A DNA stretch of 64,000 nucleotides from Eledone cirrhosa (Eukaryota). The stretch covers positions 372,001 through 436,000 of the forward strand of contig OZ024755.1 in NCBI GenBank assembly GCA_964016885.1, written 5' to 3'. Shown here in pieces: positions 40,966-52,583 of this stretch. The notes below the pieces were generated by a model that saw only the letters and a list, made by a program, of their open reading frames with translations, was not told the DNA's origin and searched no databases. The position numbers and the translations under genes were made by a program. The stretch's first letter is position 1. Each line of letters opens with the position of its first letter.

Positions 40966-41420
40966 ATGATGGTGGTGGTGATGGTGATTGTGGTGGTGAT
41001 GATGGTGGTGGTGGTGATGATGGTGATGGTGGTGGTGATGATGATGATGGTGGTGGTGATGATGATGATGGTGGTGGTGGTGATGATGGTGGTGGTGGTG
41101 ATGATGGTGATGGTGGTGGTGATGATGATGATGGTGGTGGTGATGATGATGGTGGTGGTGGTGATGATGGTGGTGGTGGTGATGATGGTGGTGGTGGTGG
41201 TGATGATGGTGATGGTGGTGGTGATGATGATGATGGTGGTGGTGATGATGATGGTGGTGGTGGTGATGATGGTGGTGGTGGTGATGATGGTGATGGTGAT
41301 GATGATGATGGTGGTGGTGATGATGATGGTGGTGGTGGTGATGATGGTGGTGGTGGTGATGATGGTGATGGTGGTGGTGATGATGATGATGGTGGTGGTG
41401 ATGATGATGATGGTGATGAT
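40966..41420. repeat. (GGT/GAT)n compound microsatellite, about 450 bp
   Basis: Almost purely GGT and GAT triplets; explains the poly-His and poly-Gly/Asp ORFs. Confidence 0.97.
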
Positions 41421-41972
41421 AATTATGATTTCCCAATGTAATTTAATATAAGAAATGTTCATTATGTTACAAACACCATCTTAATAATGAAATAATTTCA
41501 GTAAATCTCTTCGAATTCTTCATCTTCATTAATTAATCCAAATATCGTTATGTGTATTTTATTAGAAATATGGCAATAAAAGAGTTAAAATAATTTCTAA
41601 ATTAAGCAAGTGAAAATGTAAAAATATAAATTAAATGATGTAATTTATATATCTTGAAGGTGTTGAAACTATATTCCACTAATTAACAAATGAGAAATGT
41701 GAAAAATATCACCTGCCAAAGATGTGGAAGGATTAGATCTGTTCTCCTTCAATGTGTTGCGACAGATATAGTCCCTACAAACATCTGCAGGGAAGGAAAT
41801 TATCACTGGAGAATTGAATTCTTATTTTCCTGTCTTATTTTGTTCATATGACACATTTTGATTGAAATTGAAATTGCTTTAATTCAAATAAACTACTCAA
41901 ATATAGCAGGCTGCTTAATATAGAAATGAAGCTAACAAGTTAGAAGACAACGAATATGAGAATTCAGTTTAT

Positions 41973-42463
41973 TTAATCCTTCTTATACCAATTTGCTTTA
42001 AATTTCCCCCTGGTTCCATGATATCAAACTATTTGTTTTAAACTATTTATATTTATCTAACACATATCCATCATAATTTTATGTAAATATCTTTGTTTTG
42101 TTATTCTTTACACAACAGCTTAATAATGGTTTCTGATTTAGGCACAAGGCCAACAATTTTAATGGGGAGGTGAAAGTTGATTAAATCAACCCCAGTGCAT
42201 TATTGGTACTTTATTTGATTGACCCAATAAGGATGAAAGGTAAAGCTAATATTAGTAGGATTTGAACTCAGAATGTAGAAAGTCATAACTATATGCTGCA
42301 AAGCAAGTTATCCAATGCTCTATCGATTCTACAATTCACCACCCTAAAATATCAACTTAATAACATCAGTTAACAATATCATTTAATCATTTTTCAACTT
42401 CCCAATTATCTTCACAGCAGCAACATTTATCATTCGAAAGAAATATAGTTACAAAAGAGTTAA
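41973..42463. mobile_element. piggyBac-like MITE with nested family A SINE (about 42121-42345, minus)
   Basis: TTAAtcctt..atacca ... aaaagagTTAA; cttaataa on both sides of the SINE. Confidence 0.65.
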
Positions 42464-42872
42464 AATGTCCGAAATACAAGTTCAGTATTTTAGTACAAAT
42501 GTTTGGTGCAACTGATGAATAATTTACTACTGGTACAGGACATTGCAGAATTACTATTACTGTTTCACTACAAGTCTAAACCTATCTTCTCTTCTTTTCT
42601 AAATCTATAACAATCACATTTTAGTCTATCAGTGCATTCCTTCAAAGCTATTCTTTATCCAAACCATTCTTAACTCTTTCATCATATAAAAACCATTCAA
42701 TCACGGTTCTCTATTAGTAGTTAAAAAAACCATATCACAGCTTATTTTAGTTGTGTTCTAGATGTTTCTGTTATTATGCAAGCATGGAAAAATAGATGAA
42801 AAATGATGATGATGATTGTGCGCATGCATACACATTATATATATATGTATATGTTTATGTGTGAATGCATAC

Positions 42873-42926
<54 letters not shown>

Positions 42927-43604
42927 GTATGTATGCATTCACACATAAACATATACATGTAAGTATATCATCATCATTTAATGTTCATATATTTTTGATC
43001 ATATACACACATTACACATACAGATATACATGCATATATATGTATATGTGTATGAGGGTAAATGCATGTATGTGTGTGTGTTTTTGCGTACATGTGTGTC
43101 TACGTGTGCGAGTGCGTGTGTTTGCAGTAACATAAGAGTGTGAGTGTGGGTGTTTTTGTGTATGTGTGTGTGGGTGTTAGCAGAAACATAAGTGTGTGAG
43201 TGTGTGTGTTTGTGTATGTCTACATGTATGTAAGTGTGGGTGTCTGCAATAACATAGTGTGTGACTTCTGAAAGCCAGTCATACAAATTGATTTTTTTAA
43301 AAATGAAGCCTCTGAAAATAGTAATAGGCAAGGAAATATTCTTCTACAGCTTCAGACAGTAGGCCTAAGTGTTTCCCAGATAATATGCCAAGCGAGACAG
43401 CTAAATCAATATTGTGCTTCAATAACAATTTCTAGAACTACTTTGTCCACTAAATATCTTAAAGTCGTCTGAGAACAAGCAACATTATCTACTTGTTGCA
43501 GTAATTTGGCTCCTTTTAGGAAAACTAACTGACTTATGAACATACAATAATTTACAGTGTTAGCAGTAGTAGTAGCAATAACAGTAGTAGTAGTAGTAGT
43601 AGTA

Positions 43605-43812
43605 GATAGTATCGGTAGAGCGCCAAACAACATCTTTTGCAAGCTCTAGTTGCGTCCCTTTATATTCTGAGATTAAATCCCGCCAAGGTTAGCTTTCCTT
43701 TCATTCTTTCAAGGTCGATAAAAATAAAGTACCAGAGAAATACAGAGGTTGATTTAATCGACAGTTGACTCACCCCAAATTGTTGGCTTTATACCAAACT
43801 CAGAAACTATTA
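43605..43812 (+). mobile_element. tRNA-derived SINE, family A
   Basis: gtatcggtagagcg...aaggtcgataaaaataaagtaccag. Confidence 0.78.
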
Positions 43813-45176
43813 CCAATTACCATTATCATCATTATTACTTTTATTATTGTTTGAAGTAGTAGCAGTAGCATTGCACTGATACACATATTATATATCTATA
43901 TATAAATATATATATATCAAGTAGTCAGTCATTTTAGAACATATAAATCTATATTAGTGGCACTTCCGCTCAATGGAATCAATACAAACAAACTTAATTT
44001 ATATAAGCTGATACATAAAATTTCAAAAATTTGCACATAAGTAATTTTGGATATACATATACACACACAAATACATATATATATATATAATATATATCAT
44101 CACCACCATCATTTCCAAATGGTATATTCTACGCTACACTGTAGCAAAAAAACTTAATCTAAACCATGTAAAAATACTTAGTATTCACAACCATCTGTCT
44201 TTCTATCTCATTTCCTAATGAGTGTGAAGTATGTGAGAGTGTATGTATGTTGGTATGTGAGTGTGTATGTATGTTGGTATGTGAGTGTGTATGTATGTGT
44301 GTGAGGAGAGAGAGAGAGAGATGATGTGTGGACATAATGGGAATGAATGACGACAGGATGATTTGAATAATTGTGTTTTACTGAAAACACAGAGATTAGA
44401 TTAACCAGTTTCAAGATATTTTCATTCAGTCTTAAGACAGCTATCAGCTCTGCTACTCTCAATATTAATTTTTATAAGAATTCTATTAACAGATTTTACA
44501 TTTGCACACCTTCCCAAGTCAGATATTTAGGGGACGGGGGAGAGAGGAAAAATGTTAAGGATTGTACTGAAATAACTTCGTCCATTTCAAGTGTAATATA
44601 GATATGTTAATTCAACACTGAGTTCTCTTTTATTTCCTAGACATGTTCTGTTAGATACGTACTTCTATACTGTTCTATTCCAGCCCTGTTCCAGTCCATA
44701 CTGTAAAGTGATTGGCATTAGGAAGAGCATCCAGCTGTAGACACCAAGCCAGAAACAGATATGTATGAACAAGACATGGTCATCTGATCTGACTTGCCTA
44801 AAATGAGACAGGTCTAACCCATGCTAGTGTGGAAAAATGGACATTAAATGATGATGATGATCATGATATTCTCTAAATTATTTCAAAAATCATATACAGC
44901 AACTTTCATTGATAATGAAAGGGTTAACTGATGTTGAAATGTGGCAACATATTCTCTGAGAGAAGAGATTAGTAATTGAGGTTTGGAAAGAGTCATTAGC
45001 AGAAATATTCTTCCTCCACAACAAATGCTGATATTTCATCCAGCTACAAAATCTATTCTTTACAAATGAAGAGTAGCACTTATTTTTATTTCCTCTTACT
45101 GAAGGTTAGCTGACAGATGACCAGGTACAAATGCCAACCTGCTGCCATATATTCCATTCTTTTATGTTAATATGTG

Positions 45177-45230
<54 letters not shown>

Positions 45231-45344
45231 TAATGTGGTATCTATACCTACATATATGTGGCATGTATATGTACATATATGTGGCACGTATATATCTAAT
45301 CATACATTCATGTATACATCACTATTTCAGAGCACCAATCCTAA

Positions 45345-45684
45345 TCACCATCATCATCATCATTTTACGTCCACTTTTCCCTGCATGCAAGGGTGGGATG
45401 GGAACTGATTCTGGCTTGATTTCTACAGCTGGATGCCCTTCCTAACATCAACCTCATTTACAGTAAGTGTTGGGTGCTTTTTTGCCGTGGTACCTCCACG
45501 ACCACTTTGCAGTGGAATAATAGGGACCCCAGTCCTATCATCTCCTTTCTACAGCTGAGTAAACTGGAACAATGTGAAATAAAGTGTCTTGCTCAAGGAA
45601 ACAACACATCACCCGGTCTGAGAATTGAACTCACAACCTTTCGATTGCAAGGCCAATGCTCTAACCACTAAGCCTTGTGCCTCC
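45345..45684 (-). mobile_element. tRNA-derived SINE, family B
   Basis: Closely matches the reverse complement of 26245-26590 over its whole length. Confidence 0.88.
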
Positions 45685-45715
45685 ATCACACACATATATA
45701 TATATATATATACAC

Positions 45716-45749
<34 letters not shown>

Positions 45750-45837
45750 GTTTGTGTATGCACACACACACACACATATATATATATATAGAGAGAGAGT
45801 AGAAGAGAGAGAGAGATAGTAATAGTAGTAATAAAAA

Positions 45838-46270
45838 TGTATAGATTCATGGCTACCATCAAATGGTCTATATACACTTTCAGACAGATAGAACAGCAGT
45901 AATGTATATATTTATAATTATATATCATGTGGTATATAGAAATAGAAACAGGCAGAAACTACTGTATAGTGTATAGATTTATCTCTACCATCATATGGTA
46001 TATACACATTGAGACAGACAGGACAACAATACTGGACAGATTCATGACTACCATCAAGTGATATATACATACATACACACATTCAGACAGATAGAACAAC
46101 ATTGTATAAATTTATCAATATTCATCATATATACACATTGTGACAGATCAACAATAATGTATAGATACATCACTATATATAATGCTGCATATAGACATAC
46201 ATATATAGAGAGACAGGACACAATTGTGTACATTTATCTCTACTGTCATAGTATATATACACACATCAAT
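45838..46270. repeat. Degenerate minisatellite, about 60-65-bp unit, about 7 copies
   Basis: Recurring tatagatt.at..ctaccatca...tatacacatt.agacaga.a.gaca. Confidence 0.6.
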
Positions 46271-46312
46271 CCCATTATCTGGTATATCCATGCATCATTT
46301 CCATTATGTGGT

Positions 46313-46348
<36 letters not shown>

Positions 46349-46352
<4 letters not shown>

Positions 46353-46615
46353 TATTATAAATGTAAGCTATCGCTGTATTTTGACTAAAGAAATTAAAGA
46401 AATTATTTAGCCTGATAGTGGGGTTAAGAACCCTCGGAGAAATGGAAAACGATGAGTACATATACGTCAATACTCATCTTTTTCCATTTCTCCGAGGGTT
46501 CTTAACCCCACTATCAGGCTAAATAATTTCTTTAATTTCTTTAGTCAAAATACAGCGATAGCTTACATTTATAATAATTTCAAACCCGCTCGCTGTTTCG
46601 AAAATATTCTTACTT
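46349..46615. repeat. 110-bp-arm near-perfect inverted repeat (probable Penelope-like terminal inversion)
   Basis: Arms 46349-46458 and 46471-46580, 12-nt spacer, one mismatch seen; flanked by (TA)n. Confidence 0.9.
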
Positions 46616-47346
46616 TTATATATATATATATACATCATAGCCATTATGTGATATATATATATATTATGTGATATATATATACATTCAAATATACAGACAG
46701 ACCAACAATGCTGTGTAGATGAACCACTATCATCTTTAACACTACATTGTCCAATGTCCAACCAATACTGCAAATCTACTACCTTCACTGCCAGATTAAT
46801 AATGAAAACAATATTTTACTAAATTCCTTCAAATTCTTGAATATTTTCAAAAACTGTTTTTCATTAGAAATATGGTAACAAACTGGTCAATTAAAACTAA
46901 TAAAAACAAACTCATTATGATAGATATATCCACATTAAATAATGACAGTACAATGAAAATTACCTACTTTACATGTAAAATGAAACAGATAAGGAAGATA
47001 TTTGAAACTCAATATGCTTGCATATCTAACAGCATATAATTTCTACATAGAATGGTTTAAGTTTCATGGGAATAGCATGTAAATATATGCTCAACATTTC
47101 CCTACGGCTTACAAATTACTACCTTTATGGGAATGAGCTGCAATGATATTTAACCAAATATTCAGATGTCCCCCCCCCCCCACCACCACTCCTCCCCCAC
47201 ACAAACATTCCCTAAAGCTATCATCTCAGCAACAATTAAGTTTGCTATACTACTATCTCAAATTTAGTAAGTCAAATAAAAACTTATATAACTATAACCC
47301 AGTGCCACCCACCTCAGTCCATTTCAGCAGAATTTTCTCAATAATA

Positions 47347-47545
47347 ATCGTTTCTGATTTAGACACAAGGCCAAGAATTTTCAGAGAAGGGAAAGCCAAT
47401 TAAATCAACCTCAATGAATTACAGGTACTTTATTTTATCGAACACGTAAGGATGAAAGGCAAAGCTAACCTCAGCAGAATTTGAACCCAGAATATAAAGG
47501 GATGTAACTATGCAACAAAGCATGTTGTCTGACGCTCTACCATCT
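47347..47545 (-). mobile_element. tRNA-derived SINE, family A
   Basis: ggtactttattttatcga..ggatgaaaggcaaagctaacc..tttgaacccaga. Confidence 0.8.
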
Positions 47546-50045
47546 TTGAATGAAAATGTCCAATGATATGTCTTCAGATGTGTAAATCCTTATTATTTGG
47601 TTAATCTTGTGGGCCCCACGACAGACTTCATACTGATCAGGGAGTTCTTTTGGGGGTTATGTTTTATAACCAGATGTCTTTCCTGGCACCAACCATTTTA
47701 GTTGGCTCTTGCAACATGCAGGGATACAGTATATCAATTAATTGAACTATAGTGTATTTCATTAGAAATAGGGTGAGAAAAGGGTTAGTCAATCTATATA
47801 TATACACAATCTATATATATATATACATGAAGAAATCTTTACCGAGGAATAAATGACCAATAAAGCCCAAAAAATGTATTAAAAATAAAATAATAGATAA
47901 GTGATAATGGTGTGGAAAACGGTCAATAAAGGATTGCTAATGTCCAGTGGTGAGTCATATAGAGGTACTCCAACTAAATACTGAACAGGAAATAGATTTG
48001 GTGTATATTAAAAATAAAATAATAAAAAAAACAAGAAAACTGTTTTAGTATTGATTACAGACAGACAGAAAAGGAAATGTAAAAACAGCGTGGAAAATGG
48101 CAGGACAAATTTATATAGAATATCCATTGTGAAGTTTGTGAACCACATATATGAATATTATAACATTTTAGTAGGAGACTACATCAACTTCTTACATCTC
48201 AACTAACTACAAAACCCTTTTCCGGACAATTTATAAATGTATTTTTAAGGAGATGCTTCTTCAGACCTCCCTCTGTCCCTCGCCCTATATTGTAAATACA
48301 CTTAAGATATTTATTCATGGCTTTCAGAGTCTAGGAAATTTTTCATTGAATATAAAGTCTTGGACATATGAGAAGATTGTTGTTTTCTGTCTGGTGTGGT
48401 AGAGAGAAAGAGGGAGAAAAAGAAGGGGAAGGTATACAAAACATCGATATTTGTGAGTTGAACTTTTACTTTGATCTCACATAAAAACCAATACCATGCC
48501 TCCATCCCCTCTTACTTAGGCATCTTTAGTTGAAAGAAATTGTAACCTTTTCCCTATTTAAGCTAAAGTATATATATTTAGATATTCAATTCTACATGGT
48601 CCTACAATTCAGATCATAAAAGAATCAAAGCCACATACACACACAAAAGAGACACTGGTTGAAAAGTTAACCCTTCTTAAGCCAAACATCTTGAAACTGC
48701 CTCTATTTTTAGGATATAAAGTTGTTTGTTTTAAAGTGTCCATATCTATCAACTACATAAACTTATATAACAATTTTATTAAACTATATTCTAAGTTAGT
48801 TATAATACTAAATCCCTTCAAATTCTTGACTATTTTCAAACTTAATTGCAAATCTTATTCAGTGTCTTTCATTTGAGATATAGTAAGTACACAATAGCTG
48901 AGTGAAAAGGAAAGAACTTTGCCACAACCCAAGTACTCGCCCTTCAGAAATGGAAGCAGTTGGTGCAATGTTTAACAGTGCAGTGCCCCATCGACCCTGA
49001 AAAGGGTTAGGGGACCATGATGATGATAATATGGACACAATACACAACTTGGGAACCAGGTTGTGTTGTGTTCTTGAGCAAAATTACTTCATTTCATGTT
49101 GCTCCTGTATATTCAGCTGAAAATGAGTATTGTAGAACCCCCAAGGGTGGTTTCAGACAGTTGGATATCAAAAGGAGTAAAACAGCAAGCAGGAACACAT
49201 ACACACACACAGACAGATATATATATATACACAATGGCTACTTTGGAAAAGAAGAAATGTGCTCTTCACTTTACTCTCAATCAAGTCTCAATACTGTAAT
49301 AGTTCTTCTCCATATAAAAATCTGTCTGGGGAAATATTATTACTCTTAGTGTAAATTACATAGAAAAGAAAAGACTATATCATCATCTACCCTTTCAATC
49401 AATTAGCCAGTAAAATACTATCTCCTCCTTAACTCACAACCTCTCATTTACAGAACCATTTCTTCATTCATGTATTTTACAAAGTATTTTTATATTTGAT
49501 ATTTTATATCAACATGTTCAGATTTAGTTCAGTTTTGCATCCAAGTTATTTCTGAATGCCATTTAGAGAAGACATATAGAAGACATATTTTCTGCAGATG
49601 TTAAGTAAAAATGATATCAATTTTTTTTTTATTATATATATATTTTCCATCACAGTACTGATATATCTAATTTACAATTGATCATGTACTTTTCTAAGTA
49701 TATCTGAAAAAATTGAAATAGTTACAGAGTAAGGGAAAAAATGTAAAACTGTTTCAACACATTAATATAATATATTCTATTCTGATATTAATCTTTCTTC
49801 TCCAGAAACACAGACACAAGTTCGGAAATATATGCCAACCATTAAACTTGCCAGCTTCTTATGAATTTACATTTCTTCCAAATCATATAAAAACTGACAG
49901 CTATGAAATATAAGCTCAATTTCAGATAAATTGAGCTAAAAATTAGACATGGATGCTCGTCACAGTGTCAAGACAATTTTAGTTGGAAAATTTCTAGTTT
50001 AAAATCTTGGCAATGAAGATGAAAAATTCATAGAAAGACAACCTG

Positions 50046-50080
<35 letters not shown>

Positions 50081-50589
50081 CTATATATATATATATATAT
50101 ACACATACGCATCTATATTAAAGCATATGTATATGCTTATGTGATGCCATATATAAGTATCTATTTTTATGTACCTATGTTAAATGATATATACACTACA
50201 GTGTTAAATCATGGGTGTACCTATGTTAAACCATGCATGCATCTATGCTGAATAATGTGTGTGCATCCATGTTAAACCAAATATACACACACACACACAC
50301 ACAAACACACACATATATAAAGAGAGTTATGCTAATATACATGTACATATGGTAAACTAAATATATGTACATATGGTAAACTAAATATATGCACATATGT
50401 CAAACCATATATATGCATATGTCAAACCATCTATATGCATATGTCAAACCATATATATATATATATATATATAAACACACATTGATGTTAAACCACATAT
50501 ATATAAATTTTATTCGTCGCAACACTGATTCTCCGTTTCTTATGTGATATATATATATGTATATATATATATATGTGATATATATATTA

Positions 50590-50803
50590 GAAAGTGAGGT
50601 TTTTTTTACAAAATGAAAAATAACTGAGGTGTCCTACACGAGTGAAAGTATAAAGAAAAAGAGATGAAATCGAAAATGCAACTGGAGTCTTATTTTTTTT
50701 TTAAAATATATATATTTATTTGGTTCCTTTACCGGTTTCGCAGTTCTTCTGCTTTTCGAAAGGTGAGTTGAGATGGAGGGTCTGTGGTTTTTCTCACATC
50801 TGT
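50590..50803 (-). mobile_element. Penelope-like terminal fragment
   Basis: Degenerate hammerhead, then AATAAA and a T-rich tail on the minus strand; tgtgatatata on both flanks. Confidence 0.55.
50726..50763 (-). ncRNA. Degenerate minimal type I hammerhead ribozyme motif
   Basis: cctt TCGAAAA gcag-aagaa-ctgc GAAA ccgg TA aagg. Stems I and II are perfect and stem III is palindromic; the CUGANGA box is decayed. Confidence 0.55.
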
Positions 50804-50892
50804 GATATATATATATATATATAGATTAAATACAATATGTTGAAAGAGTAACACACGAGAGAGAGAGAGTGTGTGCCATCAATAAAACAGGG

Positions 50893-52389
50893 AATTGCTA
50901 CAAAGGTAAAGGGGATGCTCTGGAGAGGAGCAATTATAGGGGTATAAAACTGATGGATCAGGTTATGAAAGTGGCAGAAAGGATATTAGCACAACTAATT
51001 AGAGAAAGGGTCAAACTAGATGAGATGCAGTTTGGTTTTGTGCCTGGGAAAAGTACAACAGATGCCCTCTTCTTGGTGAGACAATTACAAGAGAGGTTCT
51101 TAGAAAAGAATAAGCCACTATACTTAGCTTTTGTTGACCTAGAGAAGGCCTTTGATAGGGTACCCCGATATGTCATCTGGGGGTCCCTAAGGAAACTAGG
51201 TGTTGAGGAATGGCTTGTGAGGACAGTGAAAACTTTGTACAAAGGTGCTGTCAGTAAAGTCAGGAATGGAGTTTAGTGAGGAATTCCAGATACAAGTAGG
51301 AGTACATCAAGGTTCGGTCCTCAGCCAGCTCTTGTTCATTATACTCGTCCAAGCCATAACAGAGGAGTTTAAGACAGGCTGTTCATGGGAACTTCTCTAT
51401 GCTGACGATCTGGTTATTATAGCAGAATCAGTAGAGGAGCTAGAGAATAAATTCTGGCTATGGAAACAGCAGTTAGAATCAAGAGGACTGAGAGTGAACC
51501 TAGCTAAGACAAAAGTGTTGATGAGTAGAAAAGAGGACAAAACTCTGATTCTGTCAGGGAAATGGCCATGTTCGATATGCAGAAAAGGAACTGGCATAAA
51601 TTCTATAAATGCACACAATGCAAATCCTGGGTACACAAGAGATGTAGTGGGATGGCAGGCAAACTAACAGGTAGGGAGAAATACGTATGCAGTAGATGTA
51701 CAGGGAAATTAGACAGTAGAAGTCGCATTGATAGACACATTTTTCAAATGCAGGTGGGTGCTATAGAAGTGGTTGATAGCTTCCGGTACCTAGGAGATCA
51801 GATTAGCGTGGGAGGGGGGTGTTCCGAGGCCATAGTATCTAGAATAAGGACGGGTTGGAAGAAGTTTAGGGAGCTGCTTCCTCTGCTGCTGACAAACAAG
51901 GGTTTCTCCCTGTGTACGAAAGGCCGGTTATATGATGCCTGTGTACGGAGCGCGATGCTGCATGGTAGTGAGATATGGGCAGCAACTGCAGAGGATATGC
52001 GACAGCTGGAGAGAAATGAGGCAAGCATGCTCCGTTGGATGTGCAATGTCAATGTGAGTGAACGACCCAGCATGGATGTATTGAGAGAGAAACTGTGTCT
52101 GAGAGGGATAGAATGTAGTGTGCGAGAGAGGGGACTACGGTGGTATGGACATGTGATGCGCATGGAGGATGACCGATGGATGAAGAAGTGCCAGGAAATG
52201 CCAGTTGAAGGAAGACGTGGTAGAGGTAGACCACGAAAAACATGGGTGGAGGTGGTGAGAACAGACCCCAGATTGCTGAAGCTCACGGTGGAGATGACGA
52301 AGGACCGTGACAAGTGACGAGATGCTGTTCTGAATAGGACCCGTCCCACCCTTGCAAGCAGGGAAAAGCGGACATATGATGATGATGAT
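50893..52389 (+). mobile_element. RTE-clade LINE, 5'-truncated, two frameshifts
   Basis: NYRGIKL, QFGFVPGKSTTDA, FVDLEKAFDRVPR, GVHQGSVLS, YADD, Cys/His finger, LRWYGHV, GRPRKTW, short 3' UTR and (GAT)n tail. Confidence 0.94.
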
Positions 52390-52449
52390 ATATATATATA
52401 TATATATATACACTACTATGTTAAACCATGTGCATGCATATATGTTAAT

Positions 52450-52490
<41 letters not shown>

Positions 52491-52509
52491 GTGTATATAT
52501 ACATATATA

Positions 52510-52583
52510 CAGGGCGTCCCAAAAAATGTATACACATTTATTAGAATGCTGCTAAAGTGTGTATACATTTTTGGGACACCCTG
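52510..52583. mobile_element. 74-bp Tc1/mariner-type MITE
   Basis: TA|cagggcgtcccaaaaaatgtatacaca ... tgtgtatacatttttgggacaccctg|TA. Confidence 0.85.

Noticed and set aside
40944-41462. Poly-His and poly-Gly/Asp ORFs of 160+ aa (also 14343-14826)
   Set aside because: Stop-free trinucleotide microsatellites with no splice or domain support.
48250-48270. CTGAAGA on the minus strand
   Set aside because: No compatible stem II, GAAA-stem III or stem I partner.
51798-52349. 183-aa minus-strand ORF and the plus-strand ORFs over 2946-5034
   Set aside because: Antisense shadows of LINE ORF2 sequences.
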